A stretch of 64,000 nucleotides of DNA from Octopus sinensis (taxonomy: Eukaryota). The notes beneath the pieces were generated by a model. That model was not told where the DNA came from and did no database searches. It saw only the letters and a program-made list of their open reading frames with translations. Positions within the stretch are counted from its first letter, which is position 1; each line of letters starts with the position of its first letter. Positions 40,376 to 52,300 of the stretch are shown in pieces. The position numbers were made by a program, and so were the translations under genes. The stretch lies in the NCBI RefSeq assembly GCF_006345805.1, contig NC_043004.1:107136001-107200000 (forward strand). Reading direction: 5' to 3'.

Positions 40376-41820
40376 TTATCATTCTTCCAATAGTCATTGG
40401 AAGCACAAAACAGCCAGCCATAATGTCAACAACAAATGTCCATATCACCACCTGTTCACTCAAGTAGTGACAACATGGAATATCAACATTCACACACAGG
40501 CTTCCCAAAATTCTTTTACAAGACATTAGTTAGCCAGGGATTATAGTAGAATGTAACCAAAGTGACAGGCAGTAGGACAAATCCTGATACTACACGGTTG
40601 CAAAATAAACCTGCTACACAGTAGACATGCACTTCATACCTGTATATCATCACCATCATCATTTAATGGGGGATCAGTTGGATGGTTTGATAACAAGACT
40701 GTACTAAGCTCTGTCTGTTTTGACTGGATGCCCTTCCTAAGACCAACACCTTTTCAGTGTGCGTTCTACATGGCATCAGCAGCAGTGAGGTCACCAAGGA
40801 ACTTGCAAGACAAGATACCCATACTCTCAACTGAGGGGAGAGATATTGAGGGAAGTTGCATTGTGTCAGGTGATGGGAGGAGAGAGTAAGACTACAGAGA
40901 CAGAAACTGGTGTTTTTAGTCATTGGTCTATGGCTTTACTAGGGCAAGAAAATCATCTAGACCCAAACACTTGTTTTAGTTTAGTACTTGTTTTACATTC
41001 TCTATTTGTCAAGCAGCTGAGCTACAGAGCATAAAGAGACAACACACACATACAAAACAAGTTTCGGCACAATCACCATCTATGATATTCCGCTCGGGGT
41101 GTGTTATTAGCCAAATGAGTTCAGTGCAATAAGATTATTTTTTTTTAACCAAGTTTTAAATACAAGGACCAGAGGAGAGTAAGGTCTTCAGTAGATCTGA
41201 TTTCACAAAAGCCAGACTGGTGGTCACTGAAGAGAAAGTGATATTCAAGGAAGATGGTTGTGTGTGTGTGTGTGAGAGAGAGAGAAAGACACACACACAC
41301 ACAGAACATGGAAGTATGTGTGTTAACCTGTTTAGAAACTAATCACTTCTTTTAATATGTAGCAAAGGGAATTTTGAGATCAACAAAAGAGAGAATGTGG
41401 ATTAAAATGGTGTTGCTATTGTGGTGTTCCAAAGTTTAAAATGCATGTAATATAAAGAACCATTTAAAGGGTTGGGCATCCATAGGATGGTTGAAAGTCA
41501 TAATAAGTCACCAGTAATGTGTGCAGAATTTGGTGAGTGTGATATGTGTGGGTGAATGCAGGAGGGGATGCTCCTTGTTGTGAACGAGCAATACCATCAG
41601 AACAGCCGTGTCCTTCCTTTCCAATGTTCCATGAAAATTTGTCCTGTTACACAGAAATATTACCATGCTTGGAAACAGGTGAGGATTGATGGATGATGAG
41701 CATCAGGCCATAAAAAAGCTGCCTCAAAAAGTTCCATTCAACTCAAACAAGCATGCAAAAGTGACCATTAAAATGATGATAACATTAATGACAACGGCAA
41801 TGATGAGGGCAACAATAATG

Positions 41821-42080
41821 ATTATTTACATTTGACAGATATTTGTCCTCATCTTGTTTGTTGTTAATGCAACGTTTCGGCTGATATACCCCCCCCCAGC
41901 CTTCATTAGGTGTCTTGGGGAAATTTCGAACCTGGGTTCTCATTCCTAAGGTATTTTTCGATATTATTATTATTATTGTTATTATTATTGTTATTATTAG
42001 TGTTCAGGTCACTGCCTGGAATCGAACTCGGAAACTTGGGGTTGGTAGCCTGCACTCTTAACCACTACGCCATATGTCCA
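41821..42080 (-). mobile_element. tRNA-headed SINE with (AAT)n middle and hammerhead-containing 3' tail (left arm of palindrome)
   Basis: Minus strand: A box TGGCGTAGTGG, B box GAGTTCGATTCC, (AAT)n, then GACAC-CTAATGA-A-GGCTG...CAGCC-GAAAC-GTT. It is the reverse complement of 42081-42300. Confidence 0.85.
41866..41914 (-). ncRNA. Degenerate minimal type-I hammerhead ribozyme motif (core G5 mutated to A)
   Basis: gacac CTAATGA a GGCTG gggggggtatat CAGCC GAAAC GT T gcatt: stem II is perfect and GAAA is intact, but the core reads CUAAUGA instead of CUGAUGA. Confidence 0.65.
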
Positions 42081-42328
42081 TGGGAATATGGCATAGTGGT
42101 TAAGAGCGCAGGCTACTAACCCCAAGATTCTGAGTTCAATTCAAGCAGTGACCTGAACACTAACAATAACATATAATCAACCTTAGGAATGAGAACCCAT
42201 CGAAATTTCCCAAGACACCTGAAGAAGCTGGGGGGTAATCAGCCAAAATGTGTTAACAACAAACGAGATGAGGACAAATATCTATTGAATGTAAATAATG
42301 TACATAATTCCTCATCTCTTAAATATAG
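42081..42328 (+). mobile_element. tRNA-headed SINE with hammerhead-containing 3' tail (right arm of palindrome)
   Basis: A box TGGCATAGTGG, B box GAGTTCAATTCA, short (AAY)n, GACAC-CTGAAGA-AGCTG...CAGCC-AAAA-TGTGTT, and a 3' stem GAGATGAGG/CCTCATCTC (42265-42273 / 42310-42318). Confidence 0.85.
42214..42254 (+). ncRNA. Degenerate minimal type-I hammerhead ribozyme motif (G12 lost, stem III deleted)
   Basis: gacac CTGAAGA agctg...cagcc AAAA t gtgtt: the CUGANGA core and stem I (GACAC/GTGTT) are intact, GAAA is mutated. Confidence 0.6.
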
Positions 42329-44049
42329 GACTGATTAATGATTATGATGACAATAATGATAGGGTCAACTTGGGTAGGATCAGAATTCAGAATGTAAAGG
42401 AACATTACTAAATACCATAAAATATTTTGTCTCAACACTACCAATTCTGCCTTCCGCTGAATATATCACTATAACTCAAATTTACAAAAATGAAGGGAAA
42501 TAGTCATTACAAAACATACAACAGAAACTGAGGAACTAATAAAGTGAAACACTTCAAATCCAGCATTGCTGCTGCTGCTACTGTAGTATCATCAATACAA
42601 TCACAGGTCCTTCATTAGTGACACACAAGAACAAAGACTAAATATCAAGGGCATATTATTAAGATGGTTTCATGCATAAACTGATTAAAAGATTAACTAA
42701 TCTGATCCACTTGCTGGATTTATTAAAAGTTCAGTAGAAGTTTAAGAGGTTTGGGGTAAGAGAGAACAAACCATAATAATTAATTATATTAATTCCATTT
42801 ATTATTTTAAAATATGCATGATTTCACAAAGGCAGACATGCATGTACACATGCAGAGAGAAGAATGCAAAATAATAAACATTATTAGAAGTAATCTCCTG
42901 GAGAACTGACCTAATTTTAATTCCTACAGCATCACCATTCCAACTCCCTAAACAACTTCCTCATCCTAATTTTCAGAAAATGGATACTGTTTCGCTGCTG
43001 TTGGTCAGCTCCACACCAGACACATTCAATATGGTGTAGTAGTCAAGATTGGCCACTCCAGCCAGCTAAAGAGGATATTTTATCAAAACTGGCAGGATTT
43101 GAAATTGCTCTGTTGTCACTGTAAGAAAAGGAAGCTTTTGATCTGGAAAAAATGTCTTCTGCTCTGAACTAACTAAAGAGCTTGTGAGTAGATATGGTAA
43201 ACGGAAATTGAAAGGAGCCTTCTGTGTACATGTGTGTATATGCATGCCTGCCTGCATTGGTGCATGCATGAGGCATGCATGCATGTACCTTTCTCTTGGC
43301 ATCAAGTGATAGTTATAAGTGAGCATCACCATCATAGAAGCAAGGTTGTTCATTTCTAGTCTTCTGTGAGGAATGTGTCCAATCATGGGGAAATTTGGCC
43401 TTAGGAAGGGTACCCAACCATAGAAAATCTACATTAACAAATTTCATCTGACCCATGTGATATTAAATGATATTTAATATCATTAATATATTATGATATT
43501 TAATACATGGATATTAAATGATGCTGGTGATATTCTGAGTTCCTGGTAGTAAAGGAAAATTTTGTTTTTAAGTTCCTTGTAAGCTAAGGAAACTTTTCTG
43601 ACAAAGAGCTAGCTATCAATAGCTCAATAGTAGATGATGATAAGCCATAATATTTCTGAAAGACAAAGAAGATTGTAGCAGGGACACGTGTCAAATTTTT
43701 CAGTTTCAACCAACTCTAAATAGTAAGAGGTAGGAAATAATGGCTAAATTTGCTTTGCTTTCTTCTGGGAATGGGAGGAGCCAATAAAATAAAGTACTGC
43801 TGAATGATACTGGTGTGTTGCTGGTTTCTACAAACAAGAGACTTTGGCAGAGAATTATTCCAAACAAGTCTTCTTAGAGTTGTTTGTGCATTAAGGGTGG
43901 ATGAAAGTATAAACTACAACAATAACACTATTCTTGTGAGGAACAATGATCCCCAGGTATTACTAGCTTTCAAAGTCATAGTGACATAACAAATACCATA
44001 TAAACCATAATTTACAGGATACATAATGTATCCATTGCTGTGGCCTAAA

Positions 44050-44556
44050 AAGGTGTTTTACAATAACTGAAGTTTGTGGAAGAATAGTCTTTATTCAGGC
44101 ACAAGCATGGCCGTGTGGTTAAGAAGCTTGCTTTACAACCATGTGGATTCAGGTTCAGTCTCACTGCATGACACTTTCGGCGAGTAGTTGTATGTTGTAC
44201 AGTTGTGTGTGTGTGTGTGTGTGTGTGTTTGTCCCCCACTTCTCATTGCTCGATGACTAGTGTTGGTTTGTTTACACCCCTGCAACTAAGCAAACTGGCA
44301 AAGAAGGTGTTTTACAATAACTGAAGTTTGTGGAAGAATAGCTCTTTATTCAGGCACAAGCATGGCCGTGTGGTTAAGAAGCTTGCTTTACAACCATGTG
44401 GATTCAGGTTCAGTCTCACTGCATGACACTTTCGGCGAGTTGTATGTTTGTACAGTGTGTGTGTGTGTGTGTGTGTGTGTTGTCCCCCACTTCTCATTGC
44501 TCGATGACTAGTGTTGGTTTGTTTACACCCCTGCAACTAAGCAAACTGGCAAAGAA
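44050..44556 (+). repeat. Tandem duplication of a ~254-bp unit containing an internally deleted family A SINE
   Basis: Copies start at 44050 and 44304; the differences I can see are small indels. Confidence 0.9.
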
Positions 44557-45900
44557 TAAGTACCAGACTTAAAAAATATACACCTGGCTCAATTTGTTCA
44601 ACTAAATCCTTCAAGACAGTGCCCCAGCATGGCCACAGACTAATGACAGAAACAAGTAAAATATAAACGATATCAGGCATACTTTGTGAACAACAGCGCT
44701 GTTGGTTATCGGTTTTCCAATGGAGTTCATGCTTTCATTCACCCTTAACACAAAAGCAACTCTAAGAAGATTTGTTTGGAATTTTCAGCCAAAATCTCCT
44801 CCAGTGACAGGAATGACAAGAGAATATTTGTGTGACAAGGACAGAATAAATACTACAATGTCCTTTTATCTGGTGCACTGGTTTATCAGCAATTTTTTTT
44901 AATATCAACACCATTCTCCAATACACACACAGATACATGTGCATGCGTGTGCACACATGTGGTGGCATGCACTAGGAGTGACTTAACTACACAACTATGT
45001 CAGTGCCCTTAAATGTATCCACCAGTGTTCCATGACAATCAAACTTAAATGATAATACAACTTGTGGTTGCAGTTGTTGTTGTTGCTGCTTGGTTCCCAA
45101 GTTGACCCTGATCAAAGCACTTCGTCTATGATTGTACCAACTTCTGTTCAGATATAAGGTACCTGGAACTACATTATCTAATGTGTCCTTTCCCTGAGAT
45201 AGAATATTTTGAAAGAGCTTGACTGCTATTTCTAGCAGATTGAACAAGCACATAGTTGGCATCTGATGATGCATAGAAATGATATCATCATCATCATCGT
45301 CATTATCATTCATTTTACATCTGTTTTCTATGCTTTCAAGGGTTACATGGTCTGACAAGAACCATTGAGCCGCAGGGCTGCACTGAGCTCCAATGTTAGG
45401 TTTGCCGTAGTTTCTATAGCTAGATGCCTTTCCTAATGCCAACGACAATACAGGGTGTACTGGGTGTTTTTCTTGTACGCCGGCACTAGTGAGATCACTG
45501 AGTAACTTGCCAGACAGGAAAAGAGCAGGAACAGGAAAAAGGAAGAGAGGAAAGTACTATAGAGAATGGTCCTCAGCTTTTAGCACAAATATTTTGTCTT
45601 ATGTGCTCAGACTTCATATAAATCAGATTATGAGTGATCAGTTGATTCATAAGATTTGATTTAAAAAGTGGAGGGGAGAATATTTCCTCAGCTCTTAATC
45701 TTAAGGGCTTTCTTTCTATCAATATAAACAAACTTAACATAATGACCGCCTCCTCTAATTAGTTCTTAGTTGATGGTGTAGCACCACTCCAGAATGTAAG
45801 TTGTAAGTGATATCCAGATATATTACACTAATGTTTGAACGAATATTAAAAACTGTATTTATATATTCTAAGTAGTGATGTTTGCCTAAGTATTATGCCA

Positions 45901-46004
45901 GTTACTCCACCAGATATCTTGCAAAGTTATCCACCACATTTACTTAGCGATCTCAATCTGCCCCTTAGGGGTGGATAACTCTGAAAGGTGTTCAGTGGAA
46001 TAAC
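45901..46004. mobile_element. Small nested inverted-repeat element (MITE relic)
   Basis: agttatccacc / ggtggataact perfect 11-bp IR inside gttactccac / gtggaataac. Confidence 0.5.
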
Positions 46005-46199
46005 TAAACTGAGTTAATACTATTTCAACACACTGTAGGCAAGTAATTTTAAGTGATAGCATTAAAGTACCAAAGAGGAACTGGTACACTTAAAACACTA
46101 AACTTATTGACAAGGTGTAGACAGATTACAAAAATAAACAACATCCCATTTAAAATATTTCCCTACCTAATCCTATAAAAATACACTTAAATCCAAGCA

Positions 46200-46640
46200 A
46201 TTTAAACACACTCTTACACAAATACACACACGCACGCACACACACACACACATACCATACATACCCTGTGACAGATGGTGTAATGGTATCCATACAGTTA
46301 CAAAATATTTGCTAAGCTGAAATTTTCTACAGCAGTTTCTAATTATTAAAAAACCACAACATTCTTCGGAAATAACAGAGAGGTGGGAACGAGAGAGAGG
46401 AAGACACGGAGACACAATCACACACACACACACACCAAGAGAAAGGCATGCACACAACACCAAGACACACATCCACACCACCAAGAGACATACAAGTACA
46501 TACACCCACACACAAGCACATACGTAACTACACATCCATACTACCAAAGAGACACAGACCTACACACAGAGAAAAATATTCACACCATTAAGAGAAACAC
46601 ACACGTACACACACATATCAATACCACCTCCATAATGAGA
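46200..46640. repeat. Degenerate CA-rich low-complexity region
   Basis: Interrupted (CA)n mosaic. Confidence 0.8.
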
Positions 46641-47734
46641 GACACATAACAGCAATACACATCATATTAAATGTGCTCCAAATGAAGTGTAATAGAAAGA
46701 TTTGTTGGGTGGAAGTTCAGGGTGGAAATCAGGGTGTGTTTTTGAGAAGCTTTAGCACAGAAATTAGGGCATGTACATAATGATCGGTGAAACAACGCAT
46801 AGAGAAGGAATAGTGTAGACAGTGAGGACATGTTGTATGGGGGTATCACACACAAAAATTAATGACTGAGGTTTAGTGCTGCTGTGAGAGCATGTTGTGT
46901 CGGGGTCTAGAGTGGAAATTAGGGCATGTTGAGAGGGATACAATGCAACAGTTGGGTATTTTGTATGACATAAGTGAGGCAGTATAGCCATGAGGTGTAA
47001 CACTTGGTTTGGCAGTTGAAGCATTCTGGGTGATTAATGTGATAATTGAGATGTTTTGTGCATGGTTTAATGTGGCAGTGAGTGGTAGGTGAATTGAGTT
47101 TGGTGTGCTGATCAGGTTATGCATCAGATTTAATTTGTTGATGAGGGCATAAGGTTTTGGTGTTCTTAACCAGATTGTGATGAACCAACTGTACATAGAC
47201 TAATTCACTGACTCACAGGAAATAAAGTTGTATGCAAGGTTAGGGCAAGAGGTAAGCATAACATTTAATATAATTGAAACCAGGAAAGTGAGAGATAGTG
47301 CAGCAGAGTATACAGACGGATAAGTTCATCGAAGAAAGTTGAAAGATGAATGACAGAAAGTTAGCAAGTCAGAAAAAATTACTGACTTCAATGCATTTTG
47401 TTATGAGAGGAGGGCTATGATGACTACAAAAGGAGGGGGAGGGGTAAAATGTCACATTTAATAAAATCAAGGTGGTTTTAAACTTATAAACTTGACCAAC
47501 CCCATGGAAAAATTTTTTTTTTAAATAGAAAACTAAGTTAACTTCTCATTAATAAAAAGGAGAAAGAAGCAAAAAACTTTCCTAATTCTTGTTATTTGTC
47601 AGTTTAAGAATCACTGCTTTGAATGCGTTAATGTGTTTCTTCAAATTACAGCTGTGCTAATAATGTGTTAATACAAATTACTGTCTGTATCAATTGGTTG
47701 CAATACTAGCTAAGATCTGGGACAATGTTAAAAC

Positions 47735-47950
47735 ATCATTATTATCATTTAATGTCCATGTTCAAAGCTGGTATGAGTTGGGCAGTTTCACAGAATCCAA
47801 TGGGTCGAAAGACTGTATCATGCTCCAGTGTTTGCTGTGGCATGGTTTTTATGGCTGAATGACTTTCCTGACACCAACTACATTGCAGTATGTACTGAAC
47901 CCTTTTTTTTGTGTGCCACCAACATTTGTGAGGTTTCCATGCAGCCTGCA
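47735..47950 (-). mobile_element. Family C element, diverged
   Basis: catttaatgtccatgttc...ttcctgacaccaac...ttttttgtgtgccacc. Confidence 0.65.
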
Positions 47951-48262
47951 AGACTAAGAAACCTGAGGGGAGAGACTTAATGCTAGGATATGAGGGTTAA
48001 GATATGGTAGAAGTGAGTGGAGAAGAGCAGGTTCTTGTCGTAGAGGACCTCCATGGCTACTCACATTTAGAGGAGAGAATGAATAAATGAATAAATAAAT
48101 GAATGAATACAATTGGTTTAAATTCATTACTATAAAGGAATGTCTTTACCAAAAATATCACCCATTCAGTGTCACTCATTTTTCTGTATCCATTAAACAA
48201 ATAACTGTTCAATCATCTTGTGTTGTTATTTTGAAAAGTTACTTTCAAAATATTTCTGGTGT

Positions 48263-48660
48263 CCTGTGTGGTTAAAAAGTTTACCCAACCATGCAGTTTC
48301 AGGTTCAATCCCATGGAGGGGCATTTTGGACATGTGTCTTCTACTATAACCTAAAGCTCACAAAAGCCTTGTGATTGGTTATAGTAGATGAAAACTTAAA
48401 GAAGCCCATTATATGTGTCACATGATGGTCCTAATCAAGCATTACCAGCACACAAGTAACATCTTTCATTTCTAGTCTTCCATAAAAAACACATCTAAGC
48501 CATGGAAAAATATTACATTGCTTGGAAAGGTATCTGACTGGGGATAATCTGATGACAGGAAAGGTATCCGATTGGGGATAATCTGACAACAGGAAAGGTT
48601 TCTGACTGGGGATAATCTGTCTCAATGAATTCCATCTGATCCATACAAATATGTTAAAAT
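48263..48660 (+). mobile_element. Diverged composite SINE containing a 34-bp tandem triplication
   Basis: Head and core at 48263-48410; tail contains (ggaaaggtatctgactggggataatctgatgaca) x 2.8 at 48524-48619. Confidence 0.7.
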
Positions 48661-50064
48661 GACAACAATGAGGAACACTGATCGGTTCGTTTTCACACTA
48701 TTTCCAGATGTAAATTTCAACATATATGATATTAATAATAACAATTTCAAGCATGGGTTCAAATTCAATTCATGACCAGTATTTATTTTATTGATTAAAA
48801 AGAAAAATTGAAAATCAAAATCAACCTCAGCAGGATTTGAACTCAGGATGCACAGAGCTATAACTATAGCTAGGCATTTTGTCCAACGGGTCTCCTAATT
48901 CTTCCAGATGATTTCTCACCTGAACATAAGGGCATAAATTATGAATGAGGAGTGTAGTTGATGAAGTCCAATACTTCAAGACCAGTGCTTTCATTCATCA
49001 ACATTGAAGAGATAAAACGAAAATCTACTCCTACTTTAAAGCTAAGTGGTTTAGTAGCAAGAGAAGAAGGAATTCATCTGTGAAAACAATTGTTGTAAAA
49101 ATAACAATAAGCAGCAGCAGCAGCAGCAGCAGCAGCCCACACATGTAAACAGGAGAAAAATGGATGCAAAATAGTAAAACAAAACAAGAAAATGCACTAA
49201 CAAACTCCTGGCCTCAACCACTCAACTTGTGTGTGTGTGTGTCATTTCTTTGGGTCTAAATGTGCCACAATGAATGCCTTGCCTCGTCTTAACCACTCAG
49301 CAACAGCAATGCTTTTATCTCATACCCACCTCAAATACCACTCAAGATTATTAACCTCAAGATGTTAACACCTGAAAGAATTAACAAAATAGATTTACTG
49401 TGGTTATTTCTACAAGAGTGCTACAAATTAAAGTGTTTCCTGGGAGGAACCAAACATAATGGGTTCATGATGTTATCTGCAGACGATCACCCCCTCCCGT
49501 TATTCCAATTGTTTTCTACCAATGTTTTTAAATGCCACATATACTGAATTGGTTTGGGTGACAGCCAATATATTCCAGTTATTCCTCTAGTATCTTTTAA
49601 TGAGATCTTTAGTTTTGCTAGCGCCAACTAATAAAACGCACACAAGCTAAAATAAAAATAAGCATGAGAAGTGTTTGTGTGCGCACGCGCCTGTGTGTGT
49701 GTGTGTGTGTGTGATCACATATACAAAAAAATATGCAAAGGAACAAACACACACAGCTATTTTACTCCTACATTCTGTTAACTATATTCAGTTTTGAAAA
49801 TATTTAGCGAAACAACACATATAAATGGTCAATGTTACATAACACTAGTTTGCTTCCAATCCTTGCTGATCTTATTCACCAGAGTACCATGTCAGCACAA
49901 CAGCACTAATAACCACCAATCAACTACACTTCAGCATCACCGTTCACCAGTAAACTACACAAGTTACTACAGCTACTCTGCTCCAACTAGCTGTGAAGTA
50001 CAAAGTACCCTAGCTTCAAGAAACTTGAGATAACTGTACTCCAAAGGGTCATAAAAAGAAATGA

Positions 50065-50288
50065 TTAACCCTTTAGCATTCAGATCACTGTCAAATGTAA
50101 TGCCTATTTACTCGTTGTTTTAAATTAATCATGCATTATCTTGTAACTTCACGAAATTTAATGATGTGATTGTTTATTTTACAATGGCATTGTAGGATAG
50201 GAGTAAGAGACCGGATCTGGCCAGTTTGGACATAAAATAGATACAATATTTTGGCAGGATTTGGCTAGTTTAAATTCTGAAGGATCAA
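50065..50288. mobile_element. piggyBac-type MITE, same family
   Basis: ttaaccctttagcattcaga... with a degenerate right end tgaaggatcaa. Confidence 0.7.
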
Positions 50289-50399
50289 GTTTCAATTATA
50301 ATCATCATTTTCAAGTAACAACAAATAATGGATAATAGTTGTAGCTATCAGAATTTGTAAAACCATCCTACCCACATTGACTTCATCATTTAACATCCA

Positions 50400-50650
50400 C
50401 TTTCCATGTAAAATAGGATTGTAAAACTAAATACAAAGCATAGAACATAGACGGTAGGTTTGGTCTGATGAACGTGAACTTGAAAAAGTAAGACTGAAGA
50501 CAATGAAGAGACGAGATACGAAATGCAGAGGATAACATCTACAAGAAAGAGGTGGTATAGAGAGGTGTTTGGTAATGGATAACAGGTGGGCAAGTTCTGT
50601 GAGTTGATGACTGAAAACACACAAGGAAAATGATTAATGGACATTACTTA
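50400..50650 (+). mobile_element. Decayed RTE-clade LINE C-terminal fragment
   Basis: ...LEKVRLKTMKRRDTKCRG*HL...MDNRWASSV resembles the RTE W.GH..R..D.RW motif. Confidence 0.4.
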
Positions 50651-51113
50651 AACTCGGATCTTGAAATGTTTGGCTCCGTAAGATAATACGGGTTTGTGAT
50701 GCATGAATCAATCCTGTACATAAGGCCATGTAATTTTCATTTGCAAAGGAGAACAGATACTAAACTATTAATTATTTCTCATTAGGTATGGAAACAAATT
50801 TTTATTGGAAGGGTAATTAAGGATTTTACTTGATCATGCTTTTTCCAAGAACACTTGACTATATAAGTAGAGTGGAATAGCTTAAACCAGAACAAAAAAA
50901 AAACCAACTGAAGTTGAGACTAAAAATTCAACTCAGAAATAGTTTCCCAGCATTCTCAAACTTGGCCAATATATGTAGTTAACAAGTTCGCTTTGCAACT
51001 ACGTAGCTTCAAGTTTAGTCCTACAACCTAGTTTTTTGGACAAGTGACTCCTGGAGCTAACAAATATCTTGTGAGTGAATTAAATACTGCCTTAAATAGT
51101 AATAATAATAATA

Positions 51114-51655
51114 CCAGGTAGTGGTTCACATGGCTTCTCATCTTAATTGATTGGAAGTGTTATCATGTACATTGTTTTGTCTTGGTATAAAAGATGGGCT
51201 ACAGCAAATATTTTGCTCAGTACCACATATTAGATTGTCAGTTGTTTGACTTTAACCAGTTCAGCATGTCCCTTGGTAGTTGGTGATATGTGCATCTCTG
51301 ATCATGAGAAGCGTTGTCGGGGAGCATCATAGCCGTGTGTTGAGAAGAATTCTTTGGGGTTTGAATAATTCACCTCTGGAAACATGGGTGTTTCCTTCAA
51401 CATTCTTAAACAACCCTTATTCGGAGACCATTTGAGTGTGATGGGCTACTCGACCTGAAGAAAATTCTAACTGGGCCCCATCTGCAAAGTCATGTGTTGT
51501 TTATCTTGATATCAGATCACCATGTCGCACACATATGGTTGTGATGCATGTGCCTGGTGTACCCTTATAAGACAGGTAATCATGATTGGTATATTGGACT
51601 TTGTATATTTGTACCCCAGTTTTCACTTTGATGGAATGTGCCACTCTCTCACTCA
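51114..51655 (+). mobile_element. Non-coding interspersed element flanked on both sides by (AAT)n (longer copy)
   Basis: Homologous to the reverse complement of 39727-40136. aataataataata precedes it and gtaataataat follows it. Confidence 0.8.
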
Positions 51656-51936
51656 GTAATAATAATCATCATCATCATCTTAATTTAATGTCCGTTTTCC
51701 ATACTGGCATGGGTTGAACTGTTTGACTGAAAACTGGTAAGCTGGGAAGTAGTAGTAGTAGTAATAATAATAAAAATGATGATGATGGCCACCCCCATTG
51801 ATTTCAATGTATGAGTGTTTGAAAGGAAGGATTAAAAACGAAAAAGAAGCTGTATTTATTTGTGATGGATGCATGAATGTAATTTGCGTCCATGTATGGA
51901 TTTGAAAACACAATGGGGGCGATAGGGGTTTTAATA

Positions 51937-52300
51937 ACAAGAGTACTCAGAGAACACAAACCTCTGCCAAGGCAACACTAACGTCCTCTCAACAATTAGC
52001 CAGAGATGATTTTTAAAATGAGAATATCTGAAATAAACTCGACTGCTCTCACAAACGAGAATACTAAAAATGAATCCAACCGCTCTCAAAAATTAAGTAT
52101 AAAAACCTGAAAAATAATCCAGAATCTTTGTCTGGTACAGGATTGATCCCAAAATCTAATCAGTTCATGCCAGTCACAAAGCCAAACCTCCCTGTAGGTT
52201 TCATCCAAATCCATCCAACAGTTCTTGAGATACCTTGTCCACAGATAAGCAAACAAACTTGACTGAAAACAATACCTCCACTTTCGCTAAGGTGGAGGTA
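51937..52300 (+). mobile_element. Helentron-associated (HINE/DINE-1-like) non-autonomous element
   Basis: Starts at ttaatAACAAGAG, with subterminal acctctgcc. The 3' hairpin tacctccac/gtggaggta (52273-52281 / 52292-52300) is followed by aat. Confidence 0.55.

Noticed and set aside
42955-43120. Minus-strand acceptor cttccttttcttacAG and short peptide LAGVANLDYYTILNVSG (J-domain-like start)
   Set aside because: Stops occur in all frames soon after the acceptor, there is no good donor, and no HPD or other J-domain motif follows.
46873-47196. 107-aa minus-strand ORF and scattered ttaggg motifs nearby
   Set aside because: Degenerate TG-rich low-complexity DNA with no recognisable domain and no tandem telomeric array.
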